Source: Hydrolagus affinis (lineage: Eukaryota). From it: a stretch of 64,000 bases of DNA. Location of the stretch: the NCBI GenBank assembly GCA_012026655.1, contig JAAILG010000034.1, forward strand, positions 124,001-188,000. Reading direction: 5' to 3'. The notes below the pieces were generated by a model that saw only the letters and a list, made by a program, of their open reading frames with translations, was not told the origin of the DNA and did not search any database. Shown in pieces: positions 12,695-25,200 of the stretch (positions within the stretch are counted from its first letter, which is position 1; every line of letters starts with the position of its first letter). A program made the position numbers and the translations under genes.

Positions 12695-12830
12695 CCTTTT
12701 GCAAGTCAGGGTATTAAGGGATTCAGGGAGAAAGTGGGAAATTGGAATTGAAAGGATCAGTAGAGGTATAGATCAGCCATGATCTAATTACAGTAAATGG
12801 CGGAACAGGCTGAATAGCCCACTCCTTGGT
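12695..12830 (+). mobile_element. CR1 3' UTR fragment
   Basis: GTCAGGGTATTAAGGGATTCAGGG...GATCAGCCATGATCTAATT...AATGGCGGAACAGGC is homologous to 8530-8660. Confidence 0.8.
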
Positions 12831-14869
12831 TAGATAAAACAGGTAAGAAATTTCCTTTGCATCCAAGTTCATCCATCACTTACAGTCTGATAGTCAACGA
12901 TGCGACAAACAGACTTAAACAGATCCTCCACCTTTTTCACCTCCTCCTGACGTGGCAGGCACCATACAAGTGTAATTTTGTTGTTGTTTCTGACACTTGC
13001 TGATTTTTTTTTGTCAAGCTTTTTTTTAAAAAAATTATGCAAATAAAAGTAATTAACAAACGACAAACATAGGTCAAGACCTTGAAGCTCATTTTCCAAT
13101 CCTGCACGCTGGAGAATTATTAACAGAAAAATCAGATAGGGAGACATGTGACCATTAGTTGACCTTACACAATCTAAGCAGCTTGACAGATAAGAGCTGA
13201 TGGATCACAAAGGTATATACAAAATATTCCAATTTTTATGTCACTTTGGGAAATCTTATCTTCCACTCTTTGCTTGGTTACTTAATAAAGTCTACTATTT
13301 TACACACTGTGCGATCCATGCCAGACATCACCTTTTAAAATACATTCATCCATGCTGGGCTCTTTTGTGAGGAATCTGCAGAAAGAATACTGTTTGAGAA
13401 AAAAACAATTTGCAGTTGTGGCTTCATATTGACAATAATATATTATTTATTATACAATATAATTTCACATCAATGAATCACTCAGGGGAAGGCATTTACA
13501 CTGACTAGACGCTCGTAAATAGATGAACAATTAACACCTTGGCATCTCCAGTGGTGGGATAGGCTATGAGCTGAAACTGTACACATCAGTTAAAATAATA
13601 CACCAAACAGGGTAGGCTCTGAGGGAAATGAATGAGCAGAGGAGGTTTCCATTTCCTGTGCGCACTTACCAGCAACACACTGAATTGTGGCAAATTGTAT
13701 GAAAGGATACTGCAGTTTATTCTTTGGCAATGTAAATACTTCACTGTTCAATAACAGGACAGGAGACACTGCAGTGAACGTGGCCTTTATGTTGTTTAGT
13801 TGTGCACAGCATGTTGTAATTACCTGGGCTGACAGCAGTTGAAATCTGTCCATCTTGATTGACCTGGTTTCTCAAACTAAGAAACATTGAGGCTTGGCAC
13901 AGTGTGATGTCACTCACCTGATATCCATCACATCTATGTGTCTCTGCGGTCAGTGCACTGGCACTAACATTACAACCTGCAAAACAGAACCCTTGTTGGC
14001 ACAAGTACAACGCCACTATACTTTACAGCAAGTTATAGCATCCTCATTGCTTCATTCAAACTCAAGCAAAGACACACTATTAACTGAGCCCTAAAATGAG
14101 ATAAATTATTTGTACCAATCTCTGGTTTATTATAATATGTACAGTACAGATTATGTGTGTGGTTTTATTCCATGCGGAGCCAAATGTTGAGCTGATAGTA
14201 GCTGTCATGCTAGCTACTGGCACTCAATGAATTTGTCTCGTTCAAGTGCAGCGATGTCCACTTTGAAGCATTAACAATTGTCCTCCCATCACTGTAGCTT
14301 GATGAAGTGGTAATGCACAGTCAATTACCATGAAACAGCATATCATATTGCAGATAAATAACACAGAATGCAGTGTTGACAAAATCTTAGCAGCTGATTA
14401 CGTTGTAGATGACCTAAACAACACTGATTTAATGGTTCATATGTTGTTTTAAACCCATGCAATAAGGACAAGTTGTTGTTTCCTCACTCCCATACAGGGA
14501 GTGGAAAACAGTTGTTTATTCAGAGTGGAATATTGTTCAGGAGCAATTAGGGCTGCGGTGCACTGCTGTGTGCAAACCGGCTGTCACAACACACACAGTG
14601 CAGTGTACTTTGCAGTGTATCCTGTGATACGATGCACCCGTTCTACCTCGTGAGATTCTTCACTGCCCTTCTTCTTACCGCTTTAAGTTCTTTCTTTGTC
14701 TCAAATAACACCTAAACAAACAGCACTGCGCAACTTGACGGTTTACCGCAAAACACATCACCAGTGAATTAGACCTAGGAATTGCAAACGCAATGCAGGT
14801 CAACAGCCTCTGAAAGAGAAGGAAATCATCAGGATCTCCCTGGAGCTCAGTTTCCTCTGAGGAGACAGG

Positions 14870-15130
14870 CCTGACAAACGCTGAGCTGTACTAAGCATTG
14901 AGACCCTATTTGCAGGTGGGCGCTAAAGATCCCATGACACTTTCTGAAAAGACAAGGGTGTGCCCCTGGGAAGCAGTCCTCCACAGTAACTGTTCACTCA
15001 CACTCACAGCTATTTTTAAGAATCTTGCTGGTGCAAATAGCTGCTGAATTTGTCCTTAATCATCATGACGTTGGGCAGAAATGACCTGTGAAGCACTTTG
15101 AGATAATTCAACTTCATAAAGCACCATAAA
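14870..15130 (+). mobile_element. Old Deu-domain SINE
   Basis: CAGGTGGGCGCTAAAGATCCCATGACACT...TTGCTGGTGCAAATAGCTGC...CTGTGAAGCACTTTGAGA resembles the DeuSINE central domain plus L2 tail. Confidence 0.65.
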
Positions 15131-16329
15131 AAGAAATCATGTTTTTTTTCTCTTTCCAATTTCACTCCCCTCCTCCTTCCCCATATCCAATTTTTTTTAA
15201 ATTATTATTCTTCAAATTCCTTGTCACATGGTGGTGTGGGTTAGCTTCAGCAATCGATTGTGTTAAGGCATCCCACATTCTAACAGCCGTCAGTGAGAAC
15301 AAATTCTTCTAATCTCCCTCTTTTCCCTTCTGGTGATCTGCGTTTAAAACCTACATCGAGTCAATCGTGATATCTACCTGCGTTTGTCACTTTCGACGGA
15401 GACTAAGTCTAGTAAATGTAGGAGGCTAAAACATTCAGGGACGATCAAATAGTCCAATTACAGCGACATTATATCAATAAAATCAGTCAGAGATCAAATC
15501 TTTCAAAACCTTGGAAGAAATTACATCTGCAGTCTGCAGAATGAAATTTGCAGTCAAATTATAGCCTATTACCATTTCACACATCTTAGCTTCCTTTGTA
15601 ATTTTAAAATAACCTGAAGCATCTTGTCATGCAGCAGTATCAATTCATGGGCTGGCAGCTATCTGCTTCCTCATGAATACAGACAATTCTTACGCCAGTC
15701 CACATTCTCTTGTCCAACAGCTCTCAACATGAGGGAGCACAGCAAACATGGGGTCACCATCTCTGTGTGAATTCCATGGATGGTCCACAGATAATTAATT
15801 ATTTTAAAGTACCAAGATTTGAAACTGAAGTTAATTGAGGTTGAGCAATTGAACTACTCATAATATGAGGCACATAAGATGAGAGGGTGCCAGTAGACAA
15901 TGTGGACATTTGATTTGCTTTGAGAAGAGTATATTTTTTTGTTAAAAAAAGGGAGTATTTCTGAATTGAGGTGATCTGACATTTTCTGAAGTCTATTATG
16001 TTCGGGATACATTAGGAATTAACAATAGGTTAGGAGCAATGGAGACATAGAAAAGATGAGAGACTGAAGGAGAAAGTGAATTAAATGAACTCGGGATAAA
16101 TTAAATGAAAATCTTTTCCAAAAGAGAGACTCCTTAAGAACACACCAGCGATTGGGAGAAAGAAAGGGTAAGCTAAAGACTGGATTCCTACATCATTCTA
16201 AACTGTCTCCTGCCAATCAGATTCTTTTTTCAGTACTGTACTCTTGGATTTCAATTTATTTCTCTTCCGTTTTGTATCTAAGTACTCCATACACACCCTG
16301 CCCCCCTGTCACCCCCACATACCCCCAAC

Positions 16330-16460
16330 AGCATTTATTTCTATGGTTCTTTCAGGGAAGAGGCAGGTAAATGGGTCTGAATGGATTGCTATTTCAAAGA
16401 GCCAACACAGACACAATGGGCCAAATAGCTTTCATCTACATTGTGAATTTCTATGGTTCA
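16330..16460 (+). mobile_element. CR1-type 3' tail (different subfamily)
   Basis: TTTCAAAGAGCCAACACAGACACAATGGGCCAAATAGC...TTTCTATGGTTC, a CR1-like terminal stem plus remnant of the terminal microsatellite. Confidence 0.55.
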
Positions 16461-17154
16461 ATATTTCAATCTAATTGGGAGCATTTCATACTGGAATTCC
16501 TTATAAATGTATCAGGCATACAAATAGGGTGTCCTTCGGAAGTCAGGAAGTAAGAGAAAGTACATGAACTCTGCTTTTTGGCATTATTCCGGAACAGAAA
16601 GCCCAAAGGATAACAAAGATTTCATATTAATAAATATCAAACATTAGACTCCACTGGATCTATCCATATTTTCTAAATACCTGAACACTAATTGATTACC
16701 GTACTTTTAATTTTTAATTGATTGCTACTGTAATTGTTTAATTTTCAGCACCTTGGGACATCCTCCTGACGTGAAAGGCACTATACAAGTATAATTTTTT
16801 GTTGTTGCTACTTAAGGCTTATGTGTTTCCATTTTTCTTCTAAGAGTTGGCAACTGAACTGTCAAATTCTCTTCAGCAATATTATGACATAAGGTGCTGA
16901 ATGATTCACTCATCTTTCTCTCTCTTAAGATGACCCAGGGTGGAAGTAAATATGTGTGATAAGACATCTGTTTCTTTATTAAGTGTTAAAAAAAAACTTA
17001 AAACACTTTTCTGCAATTATAGTAAAATGCTGCATCTGGTATGCCAGACACAGGCAAAACTAACTTCTATTCTGTGGACAGGAAGTTCGCATAAATAGCC
17101 AAGAGATGAATATCTAATTTATTTGGAGGACAGTTGACCGGAAGACTAGAAAAA

Positions 17155-17380
17155 AGCACTCTTTGCTATTCAAAAATGTAATAACATGGGATCTTTAATA
17201 TCCACTGAACACGCAGACAGGATTTCAATTTAACATCTCATGCAAAGGATAGTGCAGTGTTACTCCAGTGACACAATAGGGCTCCAGCTTAGAAAGTCAT
17301 CTCAAGATCCCACATGGCTTGTGAACCCATAACATGTTGGCACAGAGGCAAGGGGATTGCTGACTGAGCCAGGCTGACAA
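17155..17380 (-). mobile_element. Old Deu-domain SINE, 5' half
   Basis: The reverse complement begins TGTCAGCCTGGCTCAGTC...GCCTCTG...TGGGTTCAC (tRNA-like A and B boxes) and continues GAGATGTTAAATTGA...GTGGATATTAAAGATCCCATG. Confidence 0.65.
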
Positions 17381-17754
17381 ATGTGAGCAAATTAGTATAA
17401 CATTTAAATGTAATTTGGCCACAGTGTTAATTATTGTTGAGTCTTCATTTTAATTGTGGGGGTGGGTGCGGGGGTGTGTAGGGGAATTAAGCAAAATTAT
17501 CAGATCAGCATTTTTAAATGTTTTACTACATGCAAAATAATGAATTAATGGGAAACTAATAATTCCATGCAAATTCAGCATTAAAATAAGTCAGCAACAG
17601 AATCGATTCATCATAAGAGCAGAACCTATTTTACGGCCAACATTTAGTTTCGTTCTCGCCCCACACCCCCCCCATCACCATTCTCTCCCATCATCTCAAA
17701 CGCACAGACTGCTGAAGAAATCTCTCTCCACTCCACATGCAAATTTCTATTCAT

Positions 17755-17875
17755 CAATAATATAATAAATAATAATCCTGGCATTTGATATAGCGCTTTT
17801 CACATCTTATCGACGTCCCAAAGCGCTTCACAGAATATACTGTAAAGTGATTTGACTGTACATTTGTGGGCGAAT
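17755..17875 (-). mobile_element. SINE family A 3' fragment
   Basis: Antisense (TAA)n-GCATTTGATATAGCGCTTTTCACATC...AAAGCGCTTCACAGAATATACTGTAAAGTGA. Confidence 0.85.
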
Positions 17876-19834
17876 CGCATAAGCACAGGGTCCTCCCCAT
17901 GCACTCATTCTTGCATTTGCAAGGGTCTCTTTGCAACTTTCATTTCCAGCCACAGACCTACCTCAATCTATGACGAGCAGGCGATGTTGAAATCACTTTG
18001 CTGACCTGGTCCAGTTAACAGTCGCTTATTCATCTCTGACACCCCGGAGCACTTGGGCTCCAGGTTTCTGTTCAAAAACATTAATAAATCCTTACAATTG
18101 ATACAGTGTCATATCACATCATTGATATGACTTAAAGAGCTTCACAGCATTTAGTGTTGAGTGCAGTGACTGTGTATTTCATAGTGAATGGGGTAAGGAA
18201 TAGATGAACTGAACTGAACAAACATGATGACCTTCGAAGCACAATCACTGCCTTAGTCTGTGTTTTTTCTGAAAGAATATCCTGTTTTACGGCACAGCTC
18301 ATTAGTCAACCATGGATTCAAGGAACACCAGCTTTGTGTCACACCAACTGTTGGATTATCGAACATTAATGGACTATTTCACTTGAAGGCAGGTGAAACA
18401 AAGTGACCTTAACCTTCTGGTCTAATCATAAGAGCATCTTCTGCGAGCTGATTGTGGCATTGGCAGTGGCCTCAATCACCCACACCCCCTGGGATTGGAG
18501 CAATGAATGAAAACAAAGTAGCCTTGTAGGGATTGTAGGCGAATGGGGGGGAGAAAGTACAGAGCTAAACGTTATATTAATGAACGACTCTTATTGTAAA
18601 ATGTGATTATTGTGATGGTGGGGAAAAGAAACCCTCTTTCAAGTTTTCTTTATATTTTTTTCTTTAAAAAAAAGAGCTATGCAGCAAATAGATTTACCAA
18701 GCTTCACTTGTAATCACCATTCTGTGAGTTGTGGCTCATTTATGTAGACGTTAAGATGAAAAGCAGAGCAGTAAAAATTCAGTCAGTTCCTCTTGAAGCA
18801 GCAACTGAGAAGCATGTTTTGCAGCTAAACAGAGGTCCCTCATCTGTCACCATTGGACAAGGCTCATAATTCATTCATTATTGACTATGTCTATGAAAGG
18901 CAATCTTGCAAGTTTGTAGTCCATCTCAGATGAAAAAACACTTTTCTTAAAATGTCATGCATGGCGCTGACTGCGTACAGTTCATATGATTAATGACTTG
19001 CGGACTCATTGTGTAGAACACCACTAATTAGCTGCAGACTGATTAAAGACATGGCAGGCAAACTTCTGCTGATAACCTGAACTTTTTCCCCTTTCACGAA
19101 AAGTGGCATGTGGAAACATTTAGAGTCTCGTTTTTAAATGGTTTGGATATCAAGCCTGTAATTTCAAACAAATATGACAAAAAGAAAATATGAAACAAAA
19201 TCTTGAGGAACGCACGACTACGTATTTACATTACAATGTTATTTCTTTCATTCAAGCAATTAGCAAGGGTTCCTTTTTCGCTTTTGTTTCAGAAACTGCG
19301 GTGTATTGAATATCCTTGAACAATGTATCAACATGGTCACTGATATATCAGACGCCTCACAGAAAGTAGCATCTTGGATCCATCAAAATACTAGAAAAAA
19401 ATGACCTGGCACTTCAGTGCCTAATACACAGGGTAATTTATATGTTCAATTACACAAGTCTTCGACCACTTCATAAAACCCAAATTTAGGTACAGAGAAC
19501 TTAAAAGTATCAAAATTTAAACCCAGTGCCATACATGGAAATCCTGTTTAAGATCATGCAAAAAAATGATACTTACAATTTGGTACAATGTTGAAATGTC
19601 TTAAAGTCCTTCATTTCTATTTGCTGCTAAGTGTAGTGACTGTGTTTTGTAAACAAAAATAGAGAGTTATCTTTGGGTACAGTACAGTTGGTTGCCTGTT
19701 CTCATATCCTTAGTTTTATTTCTTTCTCCTATGGGTGAATGAGGTAAACTGATTGCCGTTGCAAATCAAGTTTTGTATTGTGAAAGGTTTCCTATCTCAT
19801 ACATTTAATAATAATAATCCTTAAACACTACTCT

Positions 19835-20130
19835 ACAACAACAACAACAACTTTGATTTATATAGTGCCCTCCATGCCGGACGGCGTCTCAGAGTGCTTC
19901 ACAATAGCAGATCCCGGAACTGAGCCAGGGGTAGAAAGGTGACCAAAGGCGCGGTCGAAGAGAAAGATCTTCAGCTATACTCTACTGGTTATAGGGCCTT
20001 TCACGTGGGAAGGTGTCCCAAAGCGCTTCACAGGGTGTACTGTAAAGTGGAGTGACTGTTTTGTGAGTGAAAAGATAGCCAATTCACGCAAAGCAATTTC
20101 CCACAAACAGCCACAAAGTGAACGACAAAT
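19835..20130 (-). mobile_element. L2 3' end followed by a SINE 3' fragment
   Basis: (CAA)5-CTTTGATTTATATAGTGCCCTCCATGCCGGACGGCGTCTCAGAGTGCTTCAC matches 45135-45330 (-) and 58100-58162 (+). It is followed by an antisense Deu-type SINE tail from about 19990. Confidence 0.75.
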
Positions 20131-22359
20131 AAATTGCCTGATGTTTCAATCTTTCCAGACATTTATTCCCATTAAGTTTCACCTCAACCACCCTCAATTA
20201 TCCTCTTGTAATCTTTTTTCCAATTCTCAGCACCTCAACAATGCTTCCTCTGAAAAATATTGAGTTGTAAATTTGGTTGTACCAATTTATTTGATTTCTT
20301 GTACCTGTCGTTTTCTGTCAAAGGCTAGTGTGATATTAACAATTAACTTTCACCATGGCAACAGCAAAATCTGTAATGGATTCAGAGATTAACACAACTG
20401 CCGGCTATAACTTTGGACCAAGAAGGTTGCGGTGAAACCCCAAAGAGTCATCTATGTTTGTCAAGATTTAGGGTATATAGATTCACTGTAGCCCCCATAA
20501 TCAAACAGTCATTGTTCAGTCATACCTGCTATCCCCCCAAAAGCTTAATCACCTGACCATCAAACTGAGATAAACCAGCCGAGACTGTCCACACACACAG
20601 ACTCGAGGTGACATATTGAAGTAGAGGTCATTTACTCAGATCAGTCTCTGCTGATCTTGTTGATTGGACCATCAGCAAGTTGTCACTACAACCAATATGT
20701 TCCTAAAATTGATCAAGTAGAGCAATGACCTTTTTAGGTCAAATCATATTTGAAGCGGGATTTTAATCTGGTTATAATGAATCGAAGGGAAATGGCACAA
20801 AAAGCATTTACCGATACTTAACATTGCGGGTTCACTTAGCAAATAGGCTTTAAAGCAATTTAAAAGTATGCTAAAGACATCCAGTGCTAGGTAACCAACT
20901 GCATTCCTGTTTAATAAATATTAAATATTGCAAAGCTACCAAATGGCAAATTTGGACAAGATTTTTGGGGGTCACTGTTGGTGCTTCAGCTCAGTGATGC
21001 AGAAAGAGACAGTGCAGGTTTAGGTCTGTAGATTTTAATATAAAGAGTTCCCAATCTCAGCATGAATTCAGAGAGAAGTACATAACAGAATCAAAGGCAA
21101 TGCTCTTCATGGAGGGAAGAGTCAGCAACTTAATCTAGATTGCAATGGGCAACAGTATTGTTATAAAACTGTATTTGTTTTCAGTATCCACTGAAGACAA
21201 AAATCCAGTAAGCATTTAGCAAAGTGGGAAGCGACATTATCCTGATTTTGTTGAGATTAACTGTTTGCAAAAGTTGAAGATGGAAGGGTAAGGTCTGTGT
21301 TCCAGGCTGACGAGTTGCAGGTCCCCTCTCTGTTTGGATCCAGTAATTCTACATTGGAACTGCACTCGCTTACATTCTAAATCTAGGGAATATTTTGCAC
21401 ATAATTTAACACCAGGAGAATAAATTGGTGGAGCAAAATCCCTTATGGGGTAGTCCATTCATGTTCTGGGGAACAGACTCAATGGGTTGAACAGCCTTTT
21501 CTTGTTCCATCTCTGCCCATTGTTCTGTACAGTATGCACAATCTAAACAACAACAACAAAAACAACAGTTTGCATTTATATTGTTCCCTTCATGCAGAGC
21601 GCTGCATGACCGCCTCGGTTTCATAGCACTGCACAGTGTCGGGGTTGAACAGCAAGCAAGGGAGATAGGAAGAGGCGACCATCAACGTGGTTGAGGAAAT
21701 CTCAGGGTCTTTCATGGTGGATGACAAGGAACAACACAAAAACTAGCTGTGGCTTGTTGTCTCTAACATTGCAGTTTTCACTCAGAGAGGCTGAAAGGAC
21801 AGCTGGTGCAGGAAATGTAAAGCAATAAATCTTCTGAAGATGGGATTAGGCACCTCATTGGAACCAAGTAGAGATAGTTGTACCCTGCATCCTGTTGTGT
21901 CAAACCTGACCTGGCAGCGTTTTCGACACTGGGTAACAATTTTTTTTAAATAGTTCTATTCCTCGTCCGGTAATCCCTCATTTTGCCAAGCACAACAAAA
22001 TAATCTTTAAATATTAACCACCAGTCATGATGTGATTGAAATATGTGCTGTGGTCATGTTTTTTTTTGGTGCTCATCAATTTGACAGGGCTGGGAATAGA
22101 ATACTTTTCTGTTCGGCACCCCTCAAGCAGATATGGTATATTGCAGTCAAGATGGAAAACTAACCCCCTCTTAATCCGTTCCAAAAATTTATCTTACAAC
22201 AACAAATTCTAACTACCCCATTAGGATATTTTAATATTTTCATTTTATGATGCACTTACAACAATAAGGTCAGAGAAGCCTCTTTGTTGGATGGATTACA
22301 GCAAGTTATACCAGATGAGAAAATCAAAGATATAAGGGATATATAGCATCTTTAGCAAC

Positions 22360-22640
22360 AAAACATCTGAAAGCATTTCACAAGCAATTGCTGAACTCTT
22401 TGTAGGCCTATGCAGCAACCTATCTATGCATTGCAATAATGAACAAACAGTCATGAAGTGAACTGACAATCTTATCTGAAAGATTTTTGGCCAAGACACC
22501 AGAAGATAACTCCCTCTCTTTTCAATAGTGCCAAGGGATCAGTTAACATCTCAGCCACAGGTCGGCAAGGCAGAGCTGCCCTGAGCACTACACTGGTGTC
22601 AGCCTGGTCTATTCCTAAAGTGGGAATTACATGTAACATT
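22360..22640 (-). mobile_element. Old Deu-domain SINE remnant
   Basis: TTGGCCAAGACACCAGAAGATAACTCCC...TTTTCAATAGTGCCAAGGGATC...TTAACATCTCA is the antisense Deu domain. Confidence 0.55.
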
Positions 22641-22771
22641 GTTTTTTGGGTTACAGATACAGTCATCTGGGAAAAGCATAAAGCGTCAGATATTTTCTGC
22701 TATGGTGGCAGGAGAAAATGCCTGGGGAAGAGCAGGCGGAGGTGGAGAAGTGAAGAAGGGTGTTGCAGAGA

Positions 22772-23971
22772 TAGGTCACAGCTATAACTCTGTAACTAAA
22801 GCAGTCACCCCAGGCCATTTGTACAAGAACACCAGGATAACTTGATTAACTGGTACCACTGGAAAGGAGAGAGGGGAAAGATACATCTGGTTGTAGGATC
22901 ATAAAGTGAGTCGCAAAAAACGGAGTAAATCAATCAGGCAGAAGCTGCTGGGATGAAAGGAAACAACAAAAGGGATTCCATCATGGTTGTGAGATAAGAG
23001 AAGTAAGAGAGCATTAAGACAAGGGGATGATTTCCAAATATAGTATCTGTTTTCTGTTCTGGTCCAACTTGTGTTTCACTACCTTCAGTCCAATCATTCA
23101 AGTTCCAGTGAAGCAACATACCCCAAAACAGAAACCTACCTATTCTCCTCGTTCACACGCAGAGCAAACAACTAAACATTTCCAAATTTTATTTCTGATT
23201 ATATTTCAGATTTTCCTCAATCCTAGTTTTCTTTTTGAATCTCAACTGAGGGATTGTCTCATTGATGTAACAGTAAAAAGACGAACAGGCACTGCTGTGA
23301 AATATTAAAGTCTACTTCAATTTTTCAATTAAAATAAAGTTCCGGTCAGGAGTTCCTCAATTCAATTCATATCCTCCCCAATACTATAAACTCATGCATC
23401 AAGAGTATAAGTGGACCAAAATACATTGCTATTCACATTGCCAAATTATGTAAGCTATTCCTTATATGGTGCCAAAACCATGGTACAAAGACTGAAAGTT
23501 TAATAAAGTATCTTTATCTTGCTGTATTTCACACAATGCCTCAAAGGGGAGTCATACTATGCACATTTATGACCCAGACATAAGTGGCTACAGCTGCATC
23601 AATGAAGAGTACCTTGGGAAATGACACAAATAAAAAGCCAGTCAATTTCTTTAAACCATTTAACAAAGGGTGGGACACCTTCAAAACAGGCAGTTTTCAA
23701 ACACGCATTTAACATGAATTGGTGGGGGAAATGGGCAAAGAAGAAGGGAAAAAAAAGTTTACGAAAGGTAGCTTGATTTACTAAAAAGGTAGCTTGGTTC
23801 TGTTTTCTGTACAAAACCTCAGGTTGCACAAAAATCAATCGAATTAGCATTTGTTACAGTGCTGGCTTGTACCCAGTCATGTTGACTGCGAAGTTAATCA
23901 AGTTACTACTGTGTTCTTGTACAGATGGCCTGGGGTGACTGTTTTAGTTGCAGAGTTATAGCTGTGACCTA
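22772..23971. repeat. 80-bp inverted repeat pair enclosing 1040 bp (possible non-autonomous DNA transposon or inversion-breakpoint duplication)
   Basis: 22772-22851 matches the reverse complement of 23892-23971 at 72/80 positions ungapped (TAGGTCACAGCTATAACTCTG[T/C]AACTAAA[G/A]CAGTCACCCCAGGCCAT[T/C]TGTACAAGAACAC...TAACTTGATTAACT). TA is the outermost dinucleotide at both ends. Confidence 0.85.
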
Positions 23972-24460
23972 CGTGGGAAAATTGGAGCTGTGTGCAAGTT
24001 TTACTTTGCCTCTGTGTGAAAAAAAAGATTTAGGAAACAGTGACAATGATGGAAAACAGTGGGAAATAAAATGCTCTACATTAGTATAATACATGAAAAA
24101 TGCATCGGAGATGTGAGTGGTATAACATGTGTTATGCTAGCTGGCAGTCCATTAGGCTTGATAGACATTTCACTTACCTAAGTCAAATGTAACAGTATAA
24201 TATTCATTAATATAAGAAGGGGCTGTGGAATCAAGCCTACCATCTGGTAACAGCGACATTATAATCTACAACCCATGATTAGGTCTGAGGAGTGAAATTT
24301 CACTTTAATCTTTTCAGTGCTCGAAATTTCCATCTGCTCCTACAACACATCATTCCTCTTCAAGATAAATGTGGTGTTTTTTATGTTCCAAAATTAGATC
24401 AGAAGAAAGCGATTAATCATGTCAGTGGTTGGGAAAGGAAACAAAGCCCCAACATTTTGT

Positions 24461-24607
24461 NNNNNNNNNNNNNNNNNNNNNNNNNNNNNNNNNNNNNNNN
24501 NNNNNNNNNNNNNNNNNNNNNNNNNNNNNNNNNNNNNNNNNNNNNNNNNNNNNNNNNNNNNNNNNNNNNNNNNNNNNNNNNNNNNNNNNNNNNNNNNNNN
24601 NNNNNNN
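24461..24607. other. Assembly gap (147 N)
   Basis: Run of N. Confidence 1.
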
Positions 24608-24799
24608 TTCCTCTCATTCTATTCAACGTTACCTTCAAAATTAAGATACAAAAAAGGGCGTTATACATGAAATGAATATGGGACTACAATTAGCATAGTC
24701 ATTTCTCTTCCACACTGAACCCACTACAGCAAATAACAGATGGTGACCTGTTTGGATGTGACACTGTAACTGAAACTAAACTCAAGGAAACAGTCACCG

Positions 24800-25200
24800 G
24801 CTGCAAATTAGTGAGACCACACAACTGTCAGGTGGCGGTCTCCTCTGACAGTTGTAGGCCATTATGGGAACATTGATGTTTTCACAGTGTGACAAAAAGG
24901 AATCCTTTTTACAGCAGACCTGTCTGTCAGATGGGTCTCAAGTCATAACAAATCACTAGCACTCAGCTGAGGTTGAACATTCGGAGCGTCAGGAGAATGA
25001 TAAATGACCTGCAGGGCTTTGAAGTGCCTTGCCAGTTCAGATGGGTCTGCCGTGCTGACAGAGAAATATACACAACAGCGTAACCAATAATGAGAACATT
25101 AAACATTCCTGCCATGTGACAAGCTGACAGAAAAACCAGTCGGACATCAATCATTCTCCGATGTAACCTTGACAATTAGCCCATTTCTGATCCACGCTGT
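24800..25200. promoter_or_regulatory. Candidate enhancer: Meis/TGIF site cluster plus Pbx-Hox site
   Basis: TGACAG/CTGTCA at 24825, 24846, 24924, 25056 and 25125; TGACAA at 24890, 25117 and 25170; TGATAAAT at 24998. The block is repeat-free. Confidence 0.45.

Noticed and set aside
24292-24675. Four ORFs spanning 24.3-24.7 kb
   Set aside because: Artefacts of translating through the N gap.
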